Shown here piece by piece: positions 19,867 through 30,000 of a stretch of 64,000 nucleotides of DNA; position 1 is the stretch's first letter; the number at the start of each line of letters is the position of its first letter. A model generated the notes under the pieces. It had not been told where the DNA came from. It was given only the letters and a program-made list of their open reading frames with translations, and ran no database searches. The stretch is from Bryobacterales bacterium (GTDB taxonomy: Bacteria > Acidobacteriota > Terriglobia > Bryobacterales > Bryobacteraceae): positions 1,032-65,031 of the forward strand of contig CAWCVR010000001.1 in NCBI GenBank assembly GCA_963799105.1. Direction: 5' to 3'. Both the position numbers and the translations under genes were made by a program.

Positions 19867-20011
19867 GTGTCGTTACCTCCTGGGTGTTGTTGGCCGGCGG
19901 CTCGCACTGGCTGTAGCCAGAGGCCATCAGCGGCGTGAGAATTTCGGGCGTCGCATCGACCTCCATGGGTTCGCCTAGCCCCCACGGCGGCATTAACCAG
20001 ACCTTCGACAT
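19853..20011 (-). CDS. Small hypothetical phage protein (52 aa)
   Basis: The ATG at 20011 follows the upstream stop (20013-20015) directly. The peptide reads MSKVWLMPPWGLGEPMEVDATPEILTPLMASGYSQCEPPANNTQEVTTHVND*. It overlaps the tube gene start and is below the ORF-track size cut-off. Confidence 0.3.
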   Translation of the reverse strand: MSKVWLMPPWGLGEPMEVDATPEILTPLMASGYSQCEPPANNTQEVTTHVND

Positions 20012-20012
20012 T

Positions 20013-20486
20013 TCAGTCGTCTCCTATTTCCGTGAATGAAAGTGGTACTTCGAAATAGTCCAGCCCTTCCGCGTCCGTCTGCCGCTGGATCTGCGGCAGG
20101 TCCATCGGATAGCAGGACTCGTGGACCGTAACGTTGAGCATCTCGACGCCGGCCGCGGTGGGGACGCCTTTGGTAATCAAACGGAACAGCCGGTAATAGG
20201 CGGTGGGAGCATCGCCTTCGAATGTTTCCTTGGCGCGCAGGAACAACGTGATCTGGTGCTTCCACACGTCAACGCCGCCGAACGAGCCTGGCTGCGTCCC
20301 CTGCCAGACCACCATCAGGCCCGGCGCCGGCATGCTGTGGATCGCATGCACCAGGCTGACCTTCTTCGGGTACGAGTCGTGATACGGGTAGATCCGCTCC
20401 GCATCGCCGCCCATCTCGACGACGAGATCGGGCATGTCGCGCAGCGTCGCCACAAGGTTCGTGATGATCTCGGAGGGATCGATCAT
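20013..20486 (-). CDS. Phage neck / tail-terminator-like protein (hypothetical)
   Basis: Intact 157-aa ORF with an ATGA overlap to the upstream gene. It lies in the head-tail connector block. Confidence 0.55.
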   Translation of the reverse strand: MIDPSEIITNLVATLRDMPDLVVEMGGDAERIYPYHDSYPKKVSLVHAIHSMPAPGLMVVWQGTQPGSFGGVDVWKHQITLFLRAKETFEGDAPTAYYRLFRLITKGVPTAAGVEMLNVTVHESCYPMDLPQIQRQTDAEGLDYFEVPLSFTEIGDD

Positions 20487-20938
20487 AGGTGCTTACCGTC
20501 GAGCGCGCGTTCGAGGATCAACTTCGGCCTCATCTCCCGCAGCACCCGCCGCGCAGACTCCGCGACCGCCGCCTTGTTTTTCGGGGAGAACACCACCCAC
20601 GGCTCGATCTTCTGGTTGATCCACGCCTTCAGCCGGTCCTTCCGCGTGGAGTTATTGGCCTTCGCCTTGTTGTCCGAAACCGTGCGCACCTGAAAGTTCC
20701 GCAGCATGTCGCCGGTCATCATCAGGTTGCGACGGTTCCCTTTGCCGAGCTGCGTCTTCCGGATGGCATATCGCTTGGTAAGAGGCTTCGCGGAGGAGTC
20801 GGTCGGACCCTGCGCGGCCGCCAGGCGGTTTTTAACGGCGGCCACGCCAACAGTCCCGATCTTGAGCATCGACTGCTGGCGGAAGTTCATCTGGTCGATC
20901 CGCACTTGCTTCTTGTAAAATACGCGCACCGACGCCAT
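20483..20938 (-). CDS. Phage head-tail connector protein (HK97 gp10-like, tentative)
   Basis: The start is taken at MASVRVFYKK (ATG 20938), which overlaps the upstream stop as ATGA. The track ORF extends 10 codons further. Confidence 0.5.
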   Translation of the reverse strand: MASVRVFYKKQVRIDQMNFRQQSMLKIGTVGVAAVKNRLAAAQGPTDSSAKPLTKRYAIRKTQLGKGNRRNLMMTGDMLRNFQVRTVSDNKAKANNSTRKDRLKAWINQKIEPWVVFSPKNKAAVAESARRVLREMRPKLILERALDGKHL

Positions 20939-21243
20939 CAGATCTTCTCTCGAATGGAAAGCCAGCAACCGCCGGCGGGATCGTTCAGTACTTCGAAAAC
21001 GGTGTAAATCGCGCCGTCAACAGTGACCTCGTCACCGTGGTCAGGCGGCGCCGAGAAATCGGAGAGGTTCACGAACAACCGTGCGTAGACGGTATCGGGG
21101 TGACGCTCCTCGTCGGTCCTCTTGTCCAGGATGCCGGTGACAGTGAAAGCATCACCGGCGTCCGGTTGATAGGAAAACGGCTGGCCGAACGCGGCCATGA
21201 CAGCCGCGTTTGCCAGACCGGACTGTAGATTCCACGCCGCCAT
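20938..21243 (-). CDS. Phage head-tail adaptor / head-closure protein (tentative)
   Basis: Intact 101-aa ORF just downstream of the decoration-like gene. Its size and position are typical for this role. Confidence 0.5.
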   Translation of the reverse strand: MAAWNLQSGLANAAVMAAFGQPFSYQPDAGDAFTVTGILDKRTDEERHPDTVYARLFVNLSDFSAPPDHGDEVTVDGAIYTVFEVLNDPAGGCWLSIREKI

Positions 21244-21247
21244 GGGA

Positions 21248-21961
21248 TTACGCCGCAGCGGTGGTGTAAAGCACCCAGACCTCGATCACGCCAGCGGTCA
21301 GCGGGCCGGTGGCGATCGTGACGTTGATCTTGCCGGCCGCCGTCATCTTGAACGGGGTGGCTTGGCACGTCGGTACGACCACCGCATCCAAACCGAGCGA
21401 CGCCTTGCCGGTGGCCGTCAAGATGGAGTTGGCTGCGGAACCCGCGGCGGTTCCAATCGCGACCGTGGCCGATCCGGATGCGGTCACCGCGGCGGTGGAG
21501 TTGACCACGCCGCCCAGCACCACGGCATTGTCGGGAATGGTGTCGCTGTTGGCCGGAGTGCAGGTGGCGCCGCCGTCCACGGAATAGTCATAGAGCGCAT
21601 GCGCCACTTTGACGCCGTGCGCCTGCCCCGAGAAGCCGGGCACGCCGAACAGGTTGACCCGCACAGTGGCGACACCCGTCGCGGCGGCCACCTCGACCGC
21701 TCCGATCAGCAGGTTGCTGGCGACCGTGGACGTTACCTTCTTCGCCGAGTCGTCCCAGTAGGCCAAATCGCCCTGCGCAAAGGTGCTGCTGTCCTTGGCC
21801 AGGTCGTAGACGCCCTCGACGTTGCACTCGACGTCGGCGCCCGAGAGCGTGTCGTTGGCTGCCACACCGAAGACGTTGCCCACCTTGAAGCCGCCCCCGG
21901 ACAGCACGTCGTAGGGCGCGGCGAGGGTGAGATTATCACCGCTTTTCACGAAATTCGTCAT
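21248..21961 (-). CDS. DUF2190-family (capsid-decoration-like) protein with a C-terminal extension
   Basis: ATG is at 21961 with an AAGGAG ribosome-binding site. The peptide MTNFVKSGDNLTLAAPYDVLSGGGFKVGNVFGVA..DLAYWD resembles DUF2190 proteins found next to major capsid genes. The track ORF's N-terminal 40 codons look spurious. Confidence 0.6.
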   Translation of the reverse strand: MTNFVKSGDNLTLAAPYDVLSGGGFKVGNVFGVAANDTLSGADVECNVEGVYDLAKDSSTFAQGDLAYWDDSAKKVTSTVASNLLIGAVEVAAATGVATVRVNLFGVPGFSGQAHGVKVAHALYDYSVDGGATCTPANSDTIPDNAVVLGGVVNSTAAVTASGSATVAIGTAAGSAANSILTATGKASLGLDAVVVPTCQATPFKMTAAGKINVTIATGPLTAGVIEVWVLYTTAAA

Positions 21962-22040
21962 GATCCATTTCTCCTTTTTGTCTGTCTGAAATGTTGCGCG
22001 CGGACACGGAGGCCCGCGCGCGCCTGTTGGCTCAACCGCC

Positions 22041-24141
22041 CTACGCTGCCACCGTGTTCTTGCAGAGGCCACGGTAGTCAATCGCGCCCGCCGCGAAGTC
22101 CAACCGCGCCTTGATTTCCACGCCGTCCACCTCGAAGCCCTGGCGGGTCTCGATGTAAACGCCCTGCTGCCCTTCGAGGTAGCAGTACTCGATGGTGTCG
22201 ATCTGCGAGGGATCGACCGCCATAAACCAGTTCGTCACGCCGAGCGAGGCGACCGCATCGAGGCGGCCTTCGACGATCTTCACTAGGGACTGCACCCAGG
22301 GCGGAACGACGCCCGTCACAGCGGTCGAGGCCAGGTTGATCGGGATAGATCAACTGGTCGGCGGTCTGTTCGAGCGCGGCGGGGACGATCAGGTACCGGG
22401 GCTGCAGATTCAGGACCGTGCCCTTGGGCGCCTTCTGCACGCGCAGTGCGGCGCGGGCTGTGGCCAGTGCGCCGAGCGCGAGCGCGTTGCTGCCGTTCAG
22501 GTTCTTGTGGTTCGCGTGGAACAGCGGGTTGCCGTCTGCCATGTTCGGGTTGCCGGTGATGACTGCCCAGACGGTGTCGCTTTCGAGTTGGGCAGCCGCC
22601 TGGCCGAGGCCGGCAGGAACGCGGGTCAGCGCCTGCAGGTCGTCGTTGACGATAACCTTGCGCGTGATGGCCACGATCTCGCCGAAGGTAGCCAGCGAGT
22701 AGGTCTCCTTCGAATCCGATAGCGCCGTGCGATGGAACTCGCCTTTTTCGTTTACCTTGGGCAACGTCGGAACGTCGCTCAACTGCACGCGGTTGATGGG
22801 CTTGAAGTCCGCGGCCGACACCTGGCGGCAGAACGGTACGAAGGTGCGCGGCGCGGCCTCATAAGCCTGGCGCAGCGTCTTGTTAGCGACGTTCGCCAGG
22901 ATATTGGGGAAGTCGCTGGTGGTCGCCATCCCGCCCTCAAAATACTCTTCGGCGCCATGCCGGCCTTGCAGAGCCACTCGCGCGATTTCGTTGCGGCTCA
23001 TCCCCCGCGTTTTCACGCCGACGGCCTCCAGGCACTCGCGTGCGATATCCACGAGCGTCAGGCCGGCGTACTCCCGACCTGCGTCGCGCAGCTTCGAGTC
23101 GCCGGGATTGCCACGGAACAGAATGCCGGCCTCCATTCCCTCCCGCCGCTTGTCTCTCGCGTCCGCACCCATCGTCACGGTCGGGTTGACCGGGTCGGTA
23201 TGGTGCTCGCCCCACTGAGCGGCAAGCTTCGTCATGATGCGCTCGCGCGCGATCTCAACGGACAAGCCCTCGTCGATGATCGCGTTGACGAACTTCTCCT
23301 CCAGTTTGAAGGGGTTGGCCATCGTGCGAATCGTGGTCGCACGAAGGCGTTCCGTCTTCACTGCCTCGTCGCGCGCCGCGGCGAGTACTACTTCGTTCTG
23401 ACGGGCCTCTTCGCCCGCAACCTGCGTGCTTGGTTCCACTGGGGTCTCCTTATGGGCAGATGCCCGTTGCGTTTCAACTACAGTCGATTGCGCCGGTGGC
23501 TGCGTTCCTGCCGCCGACATGAAAGTCGTGTTTGCGTCGCCGGGAATCGGTGTGAGAGATATCTCAAACGGCTCCCAATCGACTGCCGTGAATTCCTTGC
23601 GCGCCTGGTTCTTGGGGGTAGTATCGACCTTTTTGTAGATCCACATCCCTGGGCTCAGGTTTTGAATGATGCCGGCGCGAACGTCGTTCCAGATGGGCGT
23701 CACGGAGTCGCGCTTACTGAACTGAATGGTTGCCTTGCCGGTTGCGCCCACGGCCCACGCGCGCCTGATGACTCCCATCTGGCTCTCGACGCCACACGCC
23801 ACGTGGGAGTCCAGCACGGGCCCGCCATTGTTGAGGCGATCCAGGCGGCAGCCTTTCATCGAGAGGATGAGATCGTACTCCTCTCCACTGCGCCAGTCGA
23901 ACCGGGGAACCTTCGCGCCGGTGTACCAGACGGCGTCGATCATCCGGTTGTCGTCATCTGCGGATGAGGGCGCGAATGCCACCGCCACGGCGAAATGTTC
24001 CACCTCCACCCCCGGATCGACGGGGGTGCTGCCCACGGCACTCAAGCCTGCTGCGACAGCATCCGGCCCGGTGCTGGCGCTAGCGGCGATCACCTCGGCA
24101 GGCGCCTCGGCCTCCTGGCGTTCAGCAATTTCGTCTGGCAT
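22041..24141 (-). pseudogene. Prohead protease / major capsid protein fusion with one +1 frame break
   Basis: The N-terminal protease-like region contains 'GGPVLDSHV'. The capsid part reads ..TSDFPNILANVANKTLRQAYE..NPLFHANHKNL... The frame join is at ~22340 (..TADQLIYP / INLASTAVTGVVPPWVQSL..AGAIDYRGLCKNTVAA*). Confidence 0.7.
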
Positions 24142-24166
24142 GAAAAGTCTCCTTGGGTTATGGCGC

Positions 24167-25726
24167 CTACGAACGGTAGGTTCTTGTAATCCGCGCCGAA
24201 AACTCGGCGGACGCCTTCACTGCCGGTTTCTGCTTGGAATCCCCAGGCGTCGCCTCCCCGCTGCTGGTGGGCTGCTCGACGCCCTTGTCGTTAACGTTGC
24301 GGGGGTCGCAGTCGAGGATGATGTCGTACTCGTCGAGCAGCTCGTTTACCCGCTTGATTTCGAGCAACTGCTTTTCCGGATCGTAGCCGTTCTGCGCGAT
24401 GGCCTCGGGCAGAGTCAACGTCCCGGTGCGGATCTTCTTAAGTTCCGCCATCGCGTCCTTCAACGGATCGACGGACTCAAACTTCGGCGCTGTCCACTGG
24501 ACGCTGTAATTCGCCTCGGGCAGCCTCCCGATCAACACCAGCGTGTCGATAAACCTGCGCCAGGTCGGGCGGCAATACATCGGGATCAGCGTCAACCACC
24601 GGAACGCCTCGATGGCGTTGCGGAAGCCCAGCATGCCGGCCCGGTAAGACGAATAGTTGACGTTCGAAAGGTCCCCGGAAAGCAGTTCGTATGGCACGTC
24701 CACGCCCGCGCCGACGCCCTGCAGTTCCGTCATCAGATACTCGCGGTAGCCGCCGGCCGCCGCAGGCGCGTTGAACTTGATATCCTCGCCCGGCTTCAGA
24801 TACTCGATCATGCCGGGATACATCCGCTCCAGCGTGTTCCCGGTTTTCGGGTCGGTGGACTTTGCGCCGATGGGCAGGCCGCCCGATCCCTCGGGGCGCG
24901 TCACGATCCCCGCCAGGCACGCCTCCGTCTTCTTCCGCATGCGCTCCGCGTCGCGGTAGTCATCGAGGTCGCGGAGCGCCAGCATCACCGGCGCCAGCCA
25001 CGGCACGCCGCGAACTTGGCCCGGTCGCAGGATGCAGTACGTGTGCATGACCTGGTCCGCCGGCACGGGCTGGCTGAGAATCCCGCCACGCGGGTTCAGC
25101 ATGTAGACGCCGCCTGGGTGGTAGTTGTAGAGCCAGTACGCCTCGCGTTGGCCGAACAGATTGAACTGCACCCCCTGAACGACGCTCCCGGTCGCGATTC
25201 CCATCGTGCGGGAAATGTCCAGGTAGTCGCCTTCCAGCACCTGCAGTTGCAAAGGCACGCGGAAATTGTCCTGCGGCAGCCGGCCACGGAAACGAACAAT
25301 GCCGTCTCCGCTCTCGGCGGTGGTCCGCACGATCAGCGCCTGCATGCCGTAGAAATCCAACTGGCCGCCGGGGTCGCAGTTCTCCGCAAAGTACGGCCAC
25401 TCCCCGTCGATGATGGCGTCGAGCGTCGGGTTGCCGGTCTTTGCCTGGGGCACGATCCCCGTGCCGACCGTGTTGCCAACCAGTTCCGCGACCGCCTTGC
25501 TGGCATACGGGTTGTTGCGCAGCAGGTCGCGCGAGCGGTTCCGAAGTGCGGCCAGGCCAGCGCCTACCTCGGTGTTGGCGTCGCCACCGGCAGCAATCCA
25601 GCCGTCCGTACGACGCCCCGACTTCGCGCCGTCGTATGCGAAGACCTGGGTCGCGGCGCGATACTGCGCGCGGCGGTAGCCTCGCTCAGGCGAGAAATAG
25701 CCGATCATCCTGTCGATGGTGTTCAC
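24167..25726 (-). CDS. Phage portal protein, lambda (gpB) family
   Basis: Intact 519 aa with a GTG start. The peptide reads MNTIDRMIGYFSPERGYRRAQYRAA..GRRTDGW..LRNRSRDLLRNNPYA... It sits between gpW/terminase and the capsid gene. Confidence 0.85.
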   Translation of the reverse strand: MNTIDRMIGYFSPERGYRRAQYRAATQVFAYDGAKSGRRTDGWIAAGGDANTEVGAGLAALRNRSRDLLRNNPYASKAVAELVGNTVGTGIVPQAKTGNPTLDAIIDGEWPYFAENCDPGGQLDFYGMQALIVRTTAESGDGIVRFRGRLPQDNFRVPLQLQVLEGDYLDISRTMGIATGSVVQGVQFNLFGQREAYWLYNYHPGGVYMLNPRGGILSQPVPADQVMHTYCILRPGQVRGVPWLAPVMLALRDLDDYRDAERMRKKTEACLAGIVTRPEGSGGLPIGAKSTDPKTGNTLERMYPGMIEYLKPGEDIKFNAPAAAGGYREYLMTELQGVGAGVDVPYELLSGDLSNVNYSSYRAGMLGFRNAIEAFRWLTLIPMYCRPTWRRFIDTLVLIGRLPEANYSVQWTAPKFESVDPLKDAMAELKKIRTGTLTLPEAIAQNGYDPEKQLLEIKRVNELLDEYDIILDCDPRNVNDKGVEQPTSSGEATPGDSKQKPAVKASAEFSARITRTYRS

Positions 25727-25939
25727 TTACTCCCTGCTGTGCACGGCCAAGCTGAAAGAGGATGGCGCAGGTCCCGATACCCTGGCGATCTCGGCATTGA
25801 TATCGGCCAGCGCCTTCCGCTTGTCGTCGATGCTGTCATAGTCAACCGCGCGGTCGGCGAACTGCACCCGGCGAGTCCCGCTGAAGATCGCGCGCTGCAG
25901 CGTGTCGCGCGCGGAAAGAAGCTCGGAGAGTTGCATCAT
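25727..25939 (-). CDS. gpW-like head-tail joining protein
   Basis: 70 aa. It lies between large terminase and portal, as in lambda, and its start overlaps the terminase stop. Confidence 0.6.
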   Translation of the reverse strand: MMQLSELLSARDTLQRAIFSGTRRVQFADRAVDYDSIDDKRKALADINAEIARVSGPAPSSFSLAVHSRE

Positions 25940-27873
25940 TTAAACCAGTCCCCACCACCCCTGCGCGTGCCCCACATGTCATCGCGCCCACCCCAGTAGT
26001 CGCCGGTGCCGGACGGGCGCGGCGCGGCGGTTGGAGTGGCGCCCTCCAGCGCTGCCCAATCCTCATCCGAGAAACGATCAATTCCACAGACCGCCGCAGC
26101 CGCGCGGCAGAGCACCGCGAGGTCGAGTGGTTCGTTTCTGATCGACTTGTCGGGTATCCACTCCACCTTGCCGCTCGACCGTATGATCCGCGACTCGGAG
26201 CAGAGCCCGCGATAGAAGTCCTGATCCTTGTATGCGTAGTGCTGGTATCCCGGAGGGTACGTGCCATCGTCGGGAAGCACGATTCGCAGCCAATCGTAGA
26301 ACTCCTGCTTCGCCCAGTGCGTGCCGATGTGCCAGATCCGAACGTTCTGCCGTTTACGCGCGGCGTCCGTAGGCGACACCCGTGCGATCAGTTTTAGAAA
26401 GTCCGGCGTGCCCTTGGTCGCCACCACGGTACGCGGCGCCGAGATCCTGTCACCAGCCGGGCCGTGAGCCGGTTGTGGATGGCGCGCGGCGAACTCGTAC
26501 ACCATCTGCGGCCGGAATCCGGTGTCGATTGTCATGGCCATGATGGGCATGGTCCCGCCCGACTCGCACGGCCAGTCCGTCGCCAGCAAGGCTTCCAACT
26601 CTTGCCAGACTTCGGGCGACGACGTTTTGAGGGGTTGTCCGGAGTGATCGGGAACCTGGATCACCCGGTAATCCACCGACCACGACTCCTTACCCCGGCC
26701 ATACGCCTTGATCTCCACCTCGAGCCGGTCGTCCTGAACGTCAACGCCAGCCACCAGCAGCCACGCCCTCGCCGGCACGATCCCCAGGGCGTAATCCTCC
26801 CGCCGCAGATAGATCTTTTCCCAGTCGGGGGCCGACCCGCGTTCCGTCCAGAGTTCCGCCAGCACCGTGTTCAGGAACGCCTTGAGCGTCTCCGTCGAAT
26901 CCTTGGCGACCAGGAACTCAGCGGCGATGGTTCCCCAGGACCGCTTCGGGGAGATCAACTGCGACACCCGGAACCCCGGAATCGGCGACCCAGGATTCTG
27001 CGGACGGTACTCGCCGCGCTCCACCATCCATGACTTCTGGTTGTGCGGGATGAGTTCGCGGCACTTCTCGCAGCAGTAGGCGGCCTTCTCCGGCTCGCCT
27101 TCCGGCCACACGAGCCCGCCGTCAGTGCCGTCGCTGAATACCAGGGTCTGAAAGTGGTTGCATAGCGGGCACGGCACGAAGTACTCGCGCTGGTCGCTCG
27201 TGTTCCACGCGGCTTGAATCCGGCTCTCCCCATCGACGGTCGGCGTCGAGCACATGATTACCTTCTTGTTGTGCTCAAACTCTCCGGTGCGCTGCATCGC
27301 CAGCGATACGGGATCGCCCTCCGATCCTGCGCTCAGGGGATACCTGTCCACCTCGTCCAGCAACAGATACCGGATCGGACGCATGGCAAGGCCGGACGGC
27401 GAGATTGCGCCGGTGAAGGTGATGTGCCCGGAACCGTTGGCGAAAACCTTGTGCATCGCCGTGTTGTTCGAATCCCGCGACTTGACCGCTGCGAGTTTCC
27501 CGCGGAGTGCCGGCGAGTGCCGGAACAACGGGGCAACGCGATCCTTCGAGAGCGCCTTGGCGTCTTCCGCTCGCGGCTCCACCGCCAGCGTCGGGCCCGG
27601 ATCTACGTCCGCGATGTAGCCCAGGAAGTTAACCATCACGCTGGTTTTGAGCATCTGTGCAGCGGACATCAACACCACCTGCTTGCACGGATGGCTTGGG
27701 CTGAGGACATCCATCGGTTCCCGTTGGTACGGCCTGGTCTGCCACTGGCCCCGTTCCGCCGATCCGGAACCGGTGAGGACCACGTTCTCGTCGGCCCACT
27801 GCGACACGGAAATATCCCGTGGTGGCAGCAACGCCTCCGATCCAACCTGGTACATCGAGAATGGGGTGGTCAT
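25936..27873 (-). CDS. Terminase large subunit, lambda GpA family
   Basis: Intact 645 aa. The peptide has ..RGQWQTRPYQREPMDV.., 'LLLDEVDRYP' (Walker-B-like) and a 'CPLCNHFQ' zinc-like motif. An ATGA overlap joins it to the small subunit gene. Confidence 0.85.
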   Translation of the reverse strand: MTTPFSMYQVGSEALLPPRDISVSQWADENVVLTGSGSAERGQWQTRPYQREPMDVLSPSHPCKQVVLMSAAQMLKTSVMVNFLGYIADVDPGPTLAVEPRAEDAKALSKDRVAPLFRHSPALRGKLAAVKSRDSNNTAMHKVFANGSGHITFTGAISPSGLAMRPIRYLLLDEVDRYPLSAGSEGDPVSLAMQRTGEFEHNKKVIMCSTPTVDGESRIQAAWNTSDQREYFVPCPLCNHFQTLVFSDGTDGGLVWPEGEPEKAAYCCEKCRELIPHNQKSWMVERGEYRPQNPGSPIPGFRVSQLISPKRSWGTIAAEFLVAKDSTETLKAFLNTVLAELWTERGSAPDWEKIYLRREDYALGIVPARAWLLVAGVDVQDDRLEVEIKAYGRGKESWSVDYRVIQVPDHSGQPLKTSSPEVWQELEALLATDWPCESGGTMPIMAMTIDTGFRPQMVYEFAARHPQPAHGPAGDRISAPRTVVATKGTPDFLKLIARVSPTDAARKRQNVRIWHIGTHWAKQEFYDWLRIVLPDDGTYPPGYQHYAYKDQDFYRGLCSESRIIRSSGKVEWIPDKSIRNEPLDLAVLCRAAAAVCGIDRFSDEDWAALEGATPTAAPRPSGTGDYWGGRDDMWGTRRGGGDWFK

Positions 27874-28427
27874 CAGTAGCCAGCGTCCGAGATCGCTTTC
27901 GCCATCTTGCGGCGCAGCGCGTTCGTTTCGCCCGCGAGTATCCGGTGGATCTCTGCTTCCGTTTTCGCGGCGGCCACCAGCGGCGCCACGCGATCCGGGT
28001 AGGCTGACAGCGCATCACCGACGATGGCGGACCAATGCGCGGCATACTCACCGGCCTTGGTAGCCTGGATCAGCTTGCCGGCGCGCTCTTCATACTCCAA
28101 CTGCGCCGTCTTCGCCTTGAACGTCTCGCTCACGGCGCGGGCCCGCAGATAGGCAGTAACAGGATCGCTCGATACGTCGGGCTGGCTCGACATGCCCAAA
28201 CTGCCACGCGGGGGTGGGGGCGTTCTGAGCGGGGCCACCTGCGGTCTGGTCGCCTGGTGCAGCGTCTTGCCCGCGAACGTGTTCATTTCCCATTCCTGGT
28301 TCGCTCGCTCCGGATCGATGCTCCCGTCAGGGTTCGGCGTGATCCGCTTGCTCGCGATGGCCTTTTGGACTGCGCTTAGAGCCACGCCGCGCAACCGCGC
28401 ATACGCCCGCTGAGAGACTCCAGTCAT
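27873..28427 (-). CDS. Terminase small subunit (HTH-type)
   Basis: 184 aa. It has an N-terminal HTH-like 'SQRAYARLRGVALSAVQKAI' and lies directly upstream of, and coupled to, the large terminase. Confidence 0.6.
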   Translation of the reverse strand: MTGVSQRAYARLRGVALSAVQKAIASKRITPNPDGSIDPERANQEWEMNTFAGKTLHQATRPQVAPLRTPPPPRGSLGMSSQPDVSSDPVTAYLRARAVSETFKAKTAQLEYEERAGKLIQATKAGEYAAHWSAIVGDALSAYPDRVAPLVAAAKTEAEIHRILAGETNALRRKMAKAISDAGY

Positions 28428-28572
28428 GTGGACACCGGGCGGTCAGCCAAATCTCACGACCGCCGCCATCGAAGCTTTCTTCCGAAACGCTGAACTTCAG
28501 CCTTGCCTTCCGGGGGCACAAGAGTGATGAATCGTCATGCGCGGATCAACCGCCGAAAGGACAAGCAAAACG

Positions 28573-28928
28573 ATGAAGACCAACACCGAAGCCACCCAGA
28601 ACGAAGCCACAGCCGCCGCCGTTGCGGAACAGGGCGCGAACGCCGCGCCGGAGCAGGCCGCCGCGACGAAGAAGGCCACCAGCAAGAAGGGCGCGCCCAA
28701 GGGCCAGAAAGCAGCCAAGAAAGCCGCCTCCAAGAAGGAAGCCAAGCCCGCCAGCAAACCCGCCGCAAAGAAGGAGGCGAAGCCCGCCAGCAAAAAGGCC
28801 GTCAAAGTGAAGGGGCCCAAGGTGCCGCGCGAGTTCTCGAAAAAGAGCATCGTCCTGGACCTCCTGCGCCGCCCCAAGGACGGCGCGACGATGGCCGAGA
28901 TCGCCAAGGCCACCGACTGGCAGAACCA
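28573..28928 (+). pseudogene. 5' part of a DUF3489-type gene (Lys/Ala/Pro-rich N-terminal tail) interrupted by a RIT element
   Basis: From ATG 28573 the peptide has ..AKKAASKKEAKPASKPAAKKEAKPASKK.., then 'SKKSIVLDLLRRPKDGATMAEIAKATDWQNH'. The frame then enters the element's inverted repeat. Confidence 0.7.
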
Positions 28929-29017
28929 TTATGCCGACGTCCGGATTATGCCGACCTGTGTTGGCAACCCGGCCTGTGGGGCGGGGATCGCTGCGATGGA
29001 GTCGGCATAATCAGAGA
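28927..29017. repeat. RIT element inverted repeat, left copy (91 bp)
   Basis: It matches the reverse complement of 32187-32277 at 86/91 positions. It contains the 11-mer ATTATGCCGAC twice in direct and once in inverted orientation. Confidence 0.85.
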
Positions 29018-30000
29018 GCCTCGAGGAAGGCGAGCAGTTTGTCGGTCGGTCGGAAACGGCCGGGTTTTGTCTCTATCGGAGCTGTCTTGTCCAGAGCGCG
29101 TTCCTTGATCTCCAGATCCGCGTGTAGATAGATTTGGGTCGTCTCGATCTGTTCGTGGCCGAGCCAGAGTGCGATCACCGAGGTGTCGATGCCGGCGCGC
29201 AGCAATCGCATGGCGGCTGAATGCCGCAATACGTGCATGGTCACCGATTTTTGTGCCAGCGCCGGACAAGCGTCGGTGGCTTTCCCGACGTATTTGGCAA
29301 GCCTGTGCTCCAGAGCATCCCGGCTGAGTCTTCTTCCAGTCTGTGTGCTGAACAGCGGGGCTTCTGGCTGACCGGCCCGCTCGGCCAGCCAGGAACGCAA
29401 GACGGCGACTGTGCCCGAGGTGAGCGGCGTGATCCGTTGCTTTCGTCCCTTCCCATTGCAACTCACATGCGCACCGGTTCCGAGATGGACATCGGCGCAG
29501 CAAAGGCCGGTCAGTTCAGACGCCCGAAGGCCGGTCTGGACAGCGAGGCTGAACAGGGCGGTGTCGCGCCGCCCGGCCCACTTCGACCGATCGGGCGCGG
29601 CGAGCAAGGCGTTGATTTCCGCCTCGGTCAGGAAGGTCACGAGCCGTCGCTCGAAGCGTTTTGGTGGAATGGCAAGAACGCGCTCGATGGCAGAAGCATG
29701 CTCTGGATGCCGCAGCGCCGCGTATCGAAACAGGGAACGGATGGCAGCAAGCCGCGCATTGCGGGTGCGCACGCTGTTCTTTCTCTGCTGTTCCAAGTCG
29801 TTGAGGAAGGCGCCGACCAGCGGAGCATCAAGATCGCCGATATCCAGCTTGCTTGGCGCATTGCCTTTCCTGTCTGATGCGAAGACCAGCAACAGCCGCA
29901 GGGTATCCCGATATGCACAGAGCGTGTTCGGGCTGACCTGACGCTGAAGGACGAGGCGATCAGTGAAGAACGCCTGCAAAGTCGTGGCAAGTGCGGTCAT
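29011..30000 (-). CDS. Tyrosine recombinase, third gene of the trio (RitC position)
   Basis: 329 aa. It has a C-terminal catalytic region '..VLRHSAAMRLL..GHEQIETTQIYLH'. An ATGA overlap joins it to the middle gene. Confidence 0.8.
   Translation of the reverse strand: MTALATTLQAFFTDRLVLQRQVSPNTLCAYRDTLRLLLVFASDRKGNAPSKLDIGDLDAPLVGAFLNDLEQQRKNSVRTRNARLAAIRSLFRYAALRHPEHASAIERVLAIPPKRFERRLVTFLTEAEINALLAAPDRSKWAGRRDTALFSLAVQTGLRASELTGLCCADVHLGTGAHVSCNGKGRKQRITPLTSGTVAVLRSWLAERAGQPEAPLFSTQTGRRLSRDALEHRLAKYVGKATDACPALAQKSVTMHVLRHSAAMRLLRAGIDTSVIALWLGHEQIETTQIYLHADLEIKERALDKTAPIETKPGRFRPTDKLLAFLEAL

Noticed and set aside
23726-25999. A 757-aa plus-strand ORF lies antisense to the portal and capsid genes. 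Similar long antisense or alternate-frame ORFs occur at 8573-9412, 9444-10298, 12239-13366, 12897-14378, 18442-19863, 22732-23967 and 43581-45323.
   Set aside because: All have biased Arg/Gly/Ala/His composition and no motifs. They mirror strong genes on the other strand.
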